Shown here piece after piece: positions 53,888-64,000 of a DNA stretch of 64,000 nucleotides. The notes beneath the pieces are model-generated. The model worked only from the letters and a program-made list of their open reading frames with translations. It was not told where the DNA came from and did no database searches. The first letter of the stretch is position 1; the number at the start of each line of letters is the position of its first letter. The stretch comes from Gnetum montanum (taxonomy: Eukaryota > Plantae > Gnetophyta). The position numbers and the translations under genes were made by a program. Where the stretch lies: positions 4,093 to 68,092 of the forward strand of contig MNCI01003028.1 of NCBI GenBank assembly GCA_015680685.1. The letters run 5' to 3'.

Positions 53888-55473
53888 TGAAACACCACAA
53901 AATTTGGGCTATTGTGTCTTAGCTACAAATTTGTCTAAGTGTTGGGCCTACGCTCCTCACTACTATGATTATGCTCTAGAGTGTAGTCAGCATAGTTTGC
54001 AACATAGGACTAGATTTGCAAGATTTTTATAAGTGTTGACAATAGTTGCAAATTTTTTCTAAGTGTGAGGACTACACTCTCACTGCTGGGACTATGCTTC
54101 AGAGTGTAGTCAATGTAGTTAGCACACCAATGGCTAGTTTTGCAAATTTTCCTAAGTGTCAAGCCAGAAACTATCAAGGTACTTGAACATGGAAGAAACA
54201 ATTTGGAAAATTTTCTAACTTCTAAGACTATGCTCTAGAGTGTAGTCAGTGTAGTTTGCATGAAGACATTAGTTTTTACTAGATTTTTCTAAGTGTCAAT
54301 CCTATGGTATCACTATCAAGACTATGCTATAGAGTGTAGTTAGCATTAAACCTTATTTTTTTTTGCAAAATTTGTCTAACTATTAGGACTATGCTTCAGA
54401 GCATAGTTAGTGTAGTAATGTAGAATAGCCTCCAAAATCCTCTAGAGCTCAGCACCAACCTTTGCCTCAACTCCAACACACCTCTAGCAAGCAAGATTAG
54501 CAATTTGCACTTCTTTTGCATCCATCAGTTGTTCCCAAATTATACTTATGCTTGACACCACTCGAGAGAGTGGACCAGGTAGTCCCAAAGCATAGTCTCC
54601 AAAACCACACTATTTTGCATTATTTTCAGGTACCTTGTAGTTTATTCAACACTGGCACATGTAGTTTGGATAGTGTAGTTATAGTTTAGTATCTCAAGGG
54701 TCCATTGGAGCACACTAGTAGAACACCATTTTCTTTAGTGTGAGAATAGTTGGATGCAGTGTAGTCCCAACTATCCATCTACCCCATGGTGCCCAATCCA
54801 TCTACTCCAATGCTCTACATTTTAGGGGTTGGAAAATTTGACCATTGGCATTCCTAGAAATCTTTGCATTCAAGCACACTTAGCATTTTGGCAGACTCTG
54901 TACTAGCACTTTGCACAATTGCACACCACCCAACACATCGTAGATCACCTTAGCCCATGGAACACTGTGGTGGCCAATCTTGTAGGCACATACTTGATGG
55001 TAGACATTAGTCTTCATAACCAGACATCTTGAGACTATGACTATGTTGCCTACTGCACCTATTTATACACCATGTACCTCCTTACCTTTTCTTATAGTTA
55101 ACTATGCTCCCTACATTTGGGGTGGTGCTACTTTCTCTCTCACTTGCATTTTTAGCATTTTCTCTCGCATTATAGCATTTAACTTACCTTTTTCACTATT
55201 TTCTTCACATATTTATGTGTTTGTACCTTCGCTTTGCATTAGAAACCTTGACTACACTTGCCCTCATTGACATCATGGATGCTCCAAACACCATGCAAAC
55301 CCTTCGCATTCATTTTTGCGGTGCACTCTATAAGTTCTAGTTCGATCAACAAGTCCATTCTAGGCACCCCATCTCCATTTCTAGCATATCCTCACACAAA
55401 CACGTGGCTAAACTATGTGCACCAAAAACCTCTCAATGTACCATTCCAGCCTATGATGTTTTTGATTACTACA
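53888..55473 (+). repeat. Tat-like 3' LTR
   Basis: Follows the PPT; ends ACTACA plus TSD. Confidence 0.92.
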
Positions 55474-57570
55474 TTCTCCACCAAAAGGATAAATAGAATT
55501 TCCACTTATGCCACCAATGGAAGCTTCATTATCATGGGAAAACTCTATGCAAACATGGCTCATCTATTATTCCTAGAGATTTAAAGAAGATTCAAAGAAA
55601 ATAAGGTAGGGAAGCTCACTTTTCATTGCATTGCCTCATTAGAAGGTCGTGTAAGCAAGCATGAATTCTAGATTACACAAATAATGTCCTATGCAAGGCC
55701 TAGAATGCATCTTATGTTGAAATGTCAAAACAAACACCTTCTAAGAAAGATCAACTAGAGAAGCCAGTAGACATTGAAGGACCTATAGGATCTACACCAA
55801 TACAAAGCATCATAGTTATGGAAATGGAGTAAGTAGGGCCTAGTGAATCAACACTAGTTGGTAATAGACCTAAAGCAGGTGCTCCATCAGCATAGCTTAA
55901 CTACTAACCTTCCATGAGCCACTTGCAACATATTGTTGAAACCATAAGCTAGGGAAATAGGGAAGGTTCTGTAATGTATAGAGTAAGAGATAATTTCATA
56001 AGGCTTGTAGCATCAACAAGACCCACTAGTGGTAAAATATCATTACAAGTAGGAGAAGATGATGACTAGGCACAAAAAATCTTAGGGAACACTACATCCT
56101 TCCAAGTCCTGCTAGAGATAGTAGAAGGAGCTGCAATTATGATAATGCAACACCAAGATGCAATAGGAGTAACTAAAGTTATCACTAACTATATGAAGAA
56201 ATCCTTTAATGTTTCCATTGTACCACCAATAGAAATTACAAGAGTCAAATATGGAGAAACCATTGGTGGAATCCCTATGATCCCACAACAACATGAAGAT
56301 ATTCTTGATTGACTATTGTAGATAGGATAGGTGATGAAAAATCTTTTTGATATCTCTAGTGATATCATTGCAGTATAGTTAAATCTAATTTTAACAAAGG
56401 GCAAGTTGGTAATAGCCAAAACTAGAGTTGAGCATCCAAAGAATGAGGTGCAAAGGATGTAAGCAAAATTGATAGCATTAAGAGTAGAAAAGAAAGACCA
56501 TGCATAATACATAGTGCTAGACTAGTTGAAAAAACTTAGAATAGAATAAGTAGCCTAGCTCATAGCTAGAAATATTCAAGTGGAGATGAAGAAATAAAAA
56601 GCAATGTGAAATGCCTTTGTGGTGGAAGCCCAAACATACACTCACACCAAAGCACTAACTACCCTTAAGGAAGAAAATAAAAAGATTGTTGCAAAAAATA
56701 TGAGGTTGATGGACATAGAAAAGTAGAAGAATGTTCTCAAAGACAACATCTATAAATTAAGAGAACAATTTGGTAGTGTCAACCAAGCCATGAGGAAACT
56801 GGTTAGAGAAAATAGAACCTTATCAATGGAGGAAGTTTGTACAATTTTTCAAATGTCAAAAATTGAGATTAGCGTATGGAAAAACAAGGCCAAAAAGCAT
56901 GAAATACTTAAGGAACACATCAAAGACCAAGTGGGAATGTATAAATAGATTAATGAAAAAGAGATCTAAATGGCCAAGGAAAAAATCATCTTAATTACAA
57001 TGCAAACACTTGATTGACAATCAATCATGGATGGTCTTGCCGATGTTCATCAAGCTAAAGTGAAGAACAAAGACTTGTAGATCAAAAACCTCATAGAATA
57101 CATAGGATTAGCAAATCTCTAATATGATAATCTAGCCATGCTATTATAGTTGGACCTTGAAATGAATTAAAGTAGCAAGTGGCTACAACCTATGCATTAT
57201 ATGAGAAAGAGTTTGTGGACAAAATGGATGCATAAAAAAATTGCACATTGCAAACTCAGAGCTTGAAGTGGTCAAAGCTAGCTACCAAGATTAGAAGGAT
57301 GTAGCAGCAAACCTAAGTTGCAAAATGACGGACTACCAAGAATAAAGAAAACTAGCAATGGCATTTGAGAAAGAAAGACAACAATTTGTAGCTTGATATA
57401 TGAAGGTAAACAAAATGTGTCCATAGTTATCATAACCATTGGAGGTACCAAATCTAGCAAGGAAAAGCTTCAGGCATTACTTAGAAAATATCAAATTCCA
57501 AATCCTAATGACAAAAGAAAAAAACTCATGGAGGAGGCACCACCACAAGAGACATAAGGTTACATCAAAT
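55474..57570 (+). pseudogene. 3' part of the Athila-like extra ORF (K/E-rich, coiled-coil-like)
   Basis: Relic frames such as KLREQFGSVNQAMRKLVRENRT (~56755) and LKEENKKIVAKNMRLMDIEK (~56665), broken by TAG/TAA. Confidence 0.6.
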
Positions 57571-57801
57571 TCTAAAGTTTTATTTTATTTTTGTCTTATT
57601 TTATTGTCATGTGTGTTCATCATGCAATGCATGATAATTTTGTAAACATCACTCAAACCATAATGCAAAATTTGTAGTAGAGTCAGTTATGTAAATAAGT
57701 CATAATATTCAAGTCTATATACAACCTCATAAATTTTGTGAGGGACTATATTCTCCTTTTGTTTTAACTCAAGTAAGAGTTTCCAGTTAGTTGTGGGGGT
57801 A

Positions 57802-58682
57802 TGATAAAAATAGTTTATGTCAGTGATGTGTTATTGTATCTATGATATCATAGCTTTATTTTTTTTCATCATATACACGATGTGGTGGATCTTGGTCTTC
57901 AATATAAATACCAATCCACCATCACATCAAAGGAAAAACTTTGTTTCAACACTTAGCTAGATTCTTACAATTTGTTTTTTTTATTTGAACTTAGGGATAT
58001 AGTGAATGCTCATAGTGTGATGTTAAGAAATTATATGGAATCTTTATTTGAGTGAATTTCTTTTATGCATAGTTCATGGTTGGAAATAAAGATTGAGATT
58101 GTTTCTCATCATTGCAAAATTCCACTTGGTTTACTTTGCTCTTACTTAGTTCATTTTTTATACTTAGTTAATATCTTTTTTACAATTCAATATGTTTATA
58201 ATTTCTAAGTGCTTTACTCTTTCATTGTTCCTTAGTATAGAAATATAAGTGAGAATGGTTTTGAATGTATAAGTGTAATCATTTGGTAAACTCAATAGTA
58301 TTATTACTTGTTTTGCATAGTAGCATAACACTTGGTTATCTCAATGATGGTTGCATAAGCCCAAGATGTGAATGGTAAACTAGAAATAGATACTTATTTC
58401 CTATAGGATAAAATAGTTTCTTTATTTGTAATACATAGACATAGAATATATTACTTTATTTTAAATCATGTTCACACTTAGTCCTAATTTGAGCCAACAA
58501 GCCTCACCAAGAGTTAAACCATACAACTTGTACTTTGCTAACTCAAATTGAGAAGACAACGATCATGAATTGAACATTAACTACTAGTAAATCTACATTG
58601 ATCATCCATGGATTACGATTAGGTTGCACGTGTGCACTTGTGACTTGTATGGTGGAGTGTTGGAATATCCAACTGCATATTA
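57802..58682 (+). repeat. Athila-like 3' LTR
   Basis: Starts TGATAAAAATAGTTTATGT, identical to 25416. Confidence 0.9.
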
Positions 58683-59486
58683 ATAATACCTAAACTAAAA
58701 ATATTAATCAATGAGTTTTTAGAAAATTCTTTCACAATCTTATGATGGAATTTAAAATATTTCCTACATTTTTAATAACTTACATTTAAAATTTTTGAAA
58801 GCATTTTACATCCAAAACAAAGAAAAATGTGTAAAACATCTTGCAAATTCATAGTACACTAGGGATGGATCATTGAAGCGATAATTGTTTTTCAAATTGA
58901 AAAATAATGATTCTTACCATGGTTGACAAAATCCTTGGTTTTTTCTATGATTAACAAACATCTTTCGATGTTGATATAGCAAAGGAGGACAAGACAAGGT
59001 TAAGACTACTATATCAACACATTGAAAGAGGGCAAGACAACTATCATTATGCTTCCTTAAGATACTAAAAGAGGGCAAGGTAGTGCATAGAAGACTTTGT
59101 CATCCATTGAAAGATACTTATGACCTTCAAAATTCATTAGATGTTTTTATGAGTGCTTAGTCTAATGACACAACATGGATTAACATCTCATTATTATTGA
59201 TAGTTAGTGTCAATGATCTATGATAAGACATGTGTCATTTTGGCCTATGGGTTAGCTTGCTTAGCTTTGTACTTATAGGTGCTATGTTCAAAGCCTTGTA
59301 CTAACAATCCTTTTGGAATTGCTATGTTGCTAGCCTAGGGACATGTCGTAGGTAGACCTGACCTTTCCCTCAAGAATAGTCTATGATAAGATATTTTTTT
59401 TCACTATGTTGATATTCAAAGAAAGGCTAAGGCATTATACACAATGCCACATCAATATGTTAAGTGATATCATGGTTCTCCTATTT

Positions 59487-59722
59487 GTGTCATGTCATTA
59501 GGGGTAAGGGGAAACCTATGTTAAATAATATGTCATGTCTTCAAACATAATAAGATGTCACAATAATGGCAAGTGCAATGTTCCAAAATATTACCATGAA
59601 GCTCTTACTTTTGCCATGTCATTAGGAACAAGGGTTAGCTTATGTTAGACAATATGTGCTGGATCTAAACATAATTAGACATCATAATAATGGCAAGTTC
59701 AATAGTACAAAATATAATATGA
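59487..59722. repeat. Diverged ~125-bp tandem duplication
   Basis: catgtcattagg...tatgtta...aaacataat...aataatggcaagt..aaaatat occurs twice. Confidence 0.7.
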
Positions 59723-59723
59723 C

Positions 59724-60694
59724 TAATGAGCAACAAGTTTCTCCTACATTCAACAATACAAATTACAATCATTCATACATGATCTGATTGTAATCCATGG
59801 ATTAGACTAGCTAAATATCTAAATCATTTAAGTATGAATATAGATCAATATCTTCTTAGTTATACTTATGTGGCCCTTAGTGTATATGGTTAAGTATAAC
59901 CAAGATATATAATATCCTTATTGAGATAGGTCATTAAATCAATTTACCAAGAGAAGAGCGTATTTGTAGATTGTGAAAATAATGCATAGAAGATGAAGAC
60001 CATATATTTTTTATTTTTCTCATCTTTGGCTCACATTTGATTAATTTATACTATTAATTATAATTTGATAATTTTTTTCTTTCAAATTAACCCTATCTGC
60101 TTAGAGCATTACATCAATGATGTTTTCAACTTTCTTCAAAATTATATTAAGTCATTGCAACTTTCCAACAAATCTTTTGTGATTTTCTAGATATAAAACA
60201 AAGTTCTAGTTTTTAATTTCCATAATATTTAATGTTATTTGGTCATGAATAAAATATTATTAAAATATAGAAAATTACTAATTAATCTAATAAAAAAGAA
60301 ATAAAGTCTAATCTAGCCTAAGCGATGAGCATCCATTCCCAACTTGCAGTACACATCTTGAACTTATGCTATTATTGCTGGATTAATAAGTGTTCCACTG
60401 TTAGGTGTACCAAGTGGTACATTGCTAGGATTACCAAAAATTAAGATACTTATGCTTAAAGTTAGTTCTACTCATTTTCTTGATTAACATTCATTTAATC
60501 ATAAATTGTTAACTAGGTATGCATAAAGGAAATAAATAAGAAAATTAAAGTACAATTAGAAAAATATTAGGTTAATTTAAAGTACTATAATGAAGGTAAA
60601 TCAATCTTGATCTTATTGCCATCATGAAAATGTATCTAGGTACATGATGACTTAAATAAGACTCCATACAATCATTTCATATTTATGTTATGGG
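59724..60694 (-). mobile_element. Older Athila-related LTR (solo or 3' LTR), interrupted at 60695
   Basis: Reverse complement is recognisably similar to 25615-26040 and 26200-26355; no PBS at the 59724 end. Confidence 0.65.
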
Positions 60695-63600
60695 TGTGAC
60701 ATTCAAAACATTGGTGGCTAGAACACCAAGAGGTCCACGAGCATACAGCCTAACCCCGAATCTATGTGAGGGCCATGTTGGAAAATGGAAATGAGGTGCA
60801 TTTAATGGTTTGGTCAATTAGATAGGGACTTACGTGGTGTTAAAATGACCGTATGTAAGAAGGGTTTGTACTACGTTACACGTGAGCATCGGATCTAGCT
60901 AAGTTAGAGCATAGCAAGGTGTCCCATCTTGAGAACAGTGACGTGAATGTGAAAATATGTATGAGAAAATGAGAAAATACAAGTGTTATGCTAAATTCCA
61001 AAGAGAAATGCTTGAGAAATGCAATAGAATTTGAGAACAGTAGTGCACTACCCCAAAAGAGGGAGCATAGCTAATTCACAAAGGGTCTCGAAAGATACAC
61101 AATGTACAATAGGCACAATGGGAGCATAATCATAGCCTCGGTGGTGTTAGGGTGTGAATTCTGATGCTGACTATGTTAAACTATTCCTACTAGGTTAGTA
61201 GCCACGATGTACCATGTGATGTTTTACAGGGCTACAATGAGGCTACAGTGTACTGTGTGGGGTAGTTGTGCCTCTTTGCTGGTGTGGTGTGCTATGGGTC
61301 TCGTTCACCCATGGAGCTAAGTGTCAAGATGCCAAAGCACCAAATGCTAAATGAAGGTGCCAACTGTCCCCCTGGTGAAAAATGGAAGCCAACCCACCTT
61401 TGAAACATTAGGACATAGGGGTATTTATAGGGCTAGGGTGGGTGGGTGGGGTCATGAGAAAAATTAGGTGCCACGTGGCAATGTTGAAGGAAAATGTAGA
61501 TTAGGTGCCACGTGGCAGTGTTGTGGGTGGGGTCACGAGAAAAATTAAAAAAAATTTCTAACTTTGCCTACTATGCTTGTTTCGTATTAAGTGCGGGACA
61601 CGAGACGCTGGCTGTTGGGCTCATCCTATGTTATGTGCAGGACATGGAATATTGGCTGCTATGCTCATACAATGTTACATGCAGCACATGGGACATTGGC
61701 TGCTACACTCATCCCATGTTACATGCAGAACATAGGACATTAGGTGCTGGGCTAATCCTGTGTTACATGCAGGACATGGAACACTAATTGCTATGCTTGT
61801 CCCATGTTATGTGTAGCACATGGGATGCTGGCTGCTGGGCTTGTCCTATGTTATGTGTAGGACATGGGACACTTCTCAGTGTCAAGATGTCTACACTGCA
61901 CAGTGTAGCAGAGCGTAGCATGAACACTTAGTGAAATTTTGACTTACCACACCCGTCACACTATCTATGCTACCTATTATAATAGAGCGTAGCACAAACA
62001 CTTTATGAAATTTTGACTTGCCATGCCCATCACGCTATTTATGCTACAAAGCATAGCATGAACACTTTGTGAGATTTTGACCTACCATGCTTGTCATGCT
62101 GTCTACGCTATAGAGCTTGACAAGTGTGCTACATAGCTTGATAGGTTTGCTACACTGTAGAGCTTGATAGGTGTGCTACATTGTCTATGCTGCAGATCTT
62201 GATAGGTTGCTACATTGTCTATGCTGCAGAGCTTGATAAGTATGCTACATAGCTTGATAGGTGTGCTACATTATCTACACTTTAGAGCTTGACAATTATG
62301 TTGCATAGCTTGATAGGTGTGCTATGTTGTCTATGCTGTAGAGCTTGACACCAGACTTAGAATAATTTTTCCCAAGTTTTGACACTTAGAAAAATTTGCA
62401 AAAGTGCCATTATTTTGACATTTCGAAAAATTTTGGCAAAGTGCCACCATTTTGACAGTTAGCCAAATTTTCAGTTAAGATGCCAAGATTTGAAATTTTG
62501 TGGTGTTTCAATGGCCCCTCTTTATTGTTCTTTAGAGGAGTGGCTCAAGAGATGTCAACAAAGAATTACAAAACACCATAGGAAATGTGCCACCAACATC
62601 ACTCGTTGGTACAAGATCGAATGTTGCTTCACCATGCGCAAGAGTGATATGGGAATAAGGGTATGCTAAGGAATAAGGGATATAAGCAATGCTAGGGAGA
62701 TGAAATTTAAATGGTGGAAATGAAATGCAAATAGTGGATGATGATGTAAAATGCAAATTCAACATGATTGACAGTGACCATGGCTTGAATTGGTTCATGC
62801 CTGAAATGTTGACCTCTCATCGGAGTGCTTATGAGAGTGTGAAAATCAATCTAAGGCTAGGCCAGTTGTGAAGTTACAACATTGTCAATTTTCTTGGGAA
62901 TGTGCTTTTCCCCATTCTCTCTCTCTCTCTCTCTTTTTTACTTTGTTGTGTTGCGTGGAAAACCTTCTTTGGGTTTGGCTTACTATTGAATGCTAACTGC
63001 AAGTTGGCCATCAAGAAGATGGACTTTGTTTTGATGCATCCACATCACATCTATAGGATAGGTGTTTCCTACTAGGAATGAGTTGTGTTTCATCCGCTTA
63101 GGCTTTGACCATGCAACAGAGGCTCCCCACAGGATGAGTGGTTTTACATCCACCATGGGTTCTATAGTTGATGTGAAGAGAATGTCATATGCATCACAAT
63201 GTGTATACATCCAAGGGATGTGTAATCATGAGTATGTGGGAGATGAGAGGATATTAGGATGAAGGAGTGGATGTGCATAGGTTGTAATGAGGATGAGGGA
63301 GATGTGCACTCTTTAGTGGCTCAACTAGTCCAATCATGCACATCAGGTCAATGTGGTAACTTGTTGCTACGATGAGATGTATCTTTGCATGACCGCCTCC
63401 AAGGCTTTGTCCTGCAAGCACAAATTAGAGAAGATAAGGAAACCACAAAATATGAAATGTAAGTGCAAATTCCAAATGTGAAGATGTTGCAAGTGCTAGA
63501 TGCGAAGATGTTGTAAATATCAAATGATGTGCCAGTTGTAAGTGCTCAAGAAGCTAGTGAAAGTGCTAGGGCGATGATGTTGCGAGTCCTTTGAAGGTCG

Positions 63601-64000
63601 CACTAATGGCAGGTGCTCCAAAAAATTAGTAGAAAGGCGAGTGCCCCAAGGGTTTCACCAATGGCAGGTGCTCGAATAGATCAGCAACATGCCAGTTTAA
63701 AGTCTTGGTAGACCATGAACCCAATTTATGTTCCTAGCAAACCATGATGTGCTAGTTTATAGTCCTAGTAGACTATTGGATGCTAGTGTAATGTCATAGT
63801 GGATAGTGGATGTTGTGCTAGTTTAACATCATAACCCAAGGACAAGCCATTGTGCTAGTTTAATGTCATGACCCAAGGACTATCTATGCCAGTTTATAGT
63901 CATAGCGGATTGGGGCTTACCTTGCTTGTGTAAGGTGCAATGCTACATGCATAGTCATGTTGTGTTCCTGCAAGATCTTGCAAAAATAAACTAGAAAAAC
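60695..64000 (-). mobile_element. Second Tat-like element: 3' LTR (60695-62510), PPT and 3' UTR; continues past the window end
   Basis: Minus strand AAAGAGGGGCCAT|TGAAACACCACAAAATTT at 62510 matches the 53888 LTR start. The 60695 end resembles 37000-37181. 62900-63500 resembles 52900-53450, and a TAAACTAGCA array starts at ~63690. Confidence 0.88.
61575..62350. repeat. Three consecutive tandem arrays in the U3 of the second Tat LTR (~41 bp at 61580-61870, ~70 bp at 61905-62110, ~20-33 bp at 62110-62350)
   Basis: Directly visible units: gggacattggctgct..catcccatgtta; gagcgtagca..aacactt..gaaattttgac; gagcttgataggtgtgctaca. Confidence 0.85.

Larger units (their letters stand above)
35557..55473 (+). 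mobile_element. Full-length Tat/Ogre-like Ty3/gypsy retrotransposon (~19.9 kb) nested in the Athila-like element
   Basis: LTRs 35557-37181 and 53888-55473 (T[G/A]AAACACC..ACTACA). TSD ttctt/ttctc. PBS TGGCACTAGAAGGAGGA at 37188-37204 (tRNA-Asn). PPT AAAGAGGGGCTAA before 53888. Order gag-PR-(spacer)-RT-RH-aRH-INT. Confidence 0.95.
25416..58682 (+). mobile_element. Full-length Athila-like Ty3/gypsy retrotransposon (~13.3 kb without the nested insert), decayed
   Basis: LTRs 25416-26355 (TGAT..ATCA) and 57802-58682. PBS TAGCATCGTTGCCAAGGA at 26357-26374 (decayed tRNA-Asp PBS TGGCGCCGTTGCCGGGGA). PPT GTTGTGGGGGTA before 57802. TSD atcat/ataat. Domain order gag-PR-RT-RH-INT. Confidence 0.9.

Overview
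Eukaryotic, AT-rich land-plant genomic DNA (species not identifiable from the sequence), mostly decayed transposable elements. It holds one credible host gene on the minus strand (20322-23827, 5 coding exons, ~840 aa). The product is acidic and probably disordered, with weak LTI65/RD29/CAP160-like traits; the promoter has two ABREs and lies in a CpG-retaining island. Left of the gene: an LTR fragment, an unexplained CpG-retaining patch, a decayed L1-type LINE, tRNA-derived SINE copies, a gag-only LTR element, and a complete non-coding LTR element (15680-19270). Right of the gene: a full-length Athila-like Ty3/gypsy element (25416-58682) interrupted by a full-length ~19.9-kb Tat/Ogre-like element (35557-55473). 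A second, related Tat-like element on the minus strand is inserted in another Athila-like LTR and runs off the window end. The most unusual structure is inside the Tat element: a ~6.7-kb intron-like spacer between protease and RT hosts an antisense multi-exon gene relic (PMD-like motifs plus coiled coil), accompanied by the same short motif that forms 22-bp palindromes in the LTRs. All TE ORFs are pseudogenised, largely by C>T/G>A changes in CG and CHG contexts. Coordinates were counted by hand and no alignments or database searches were run.
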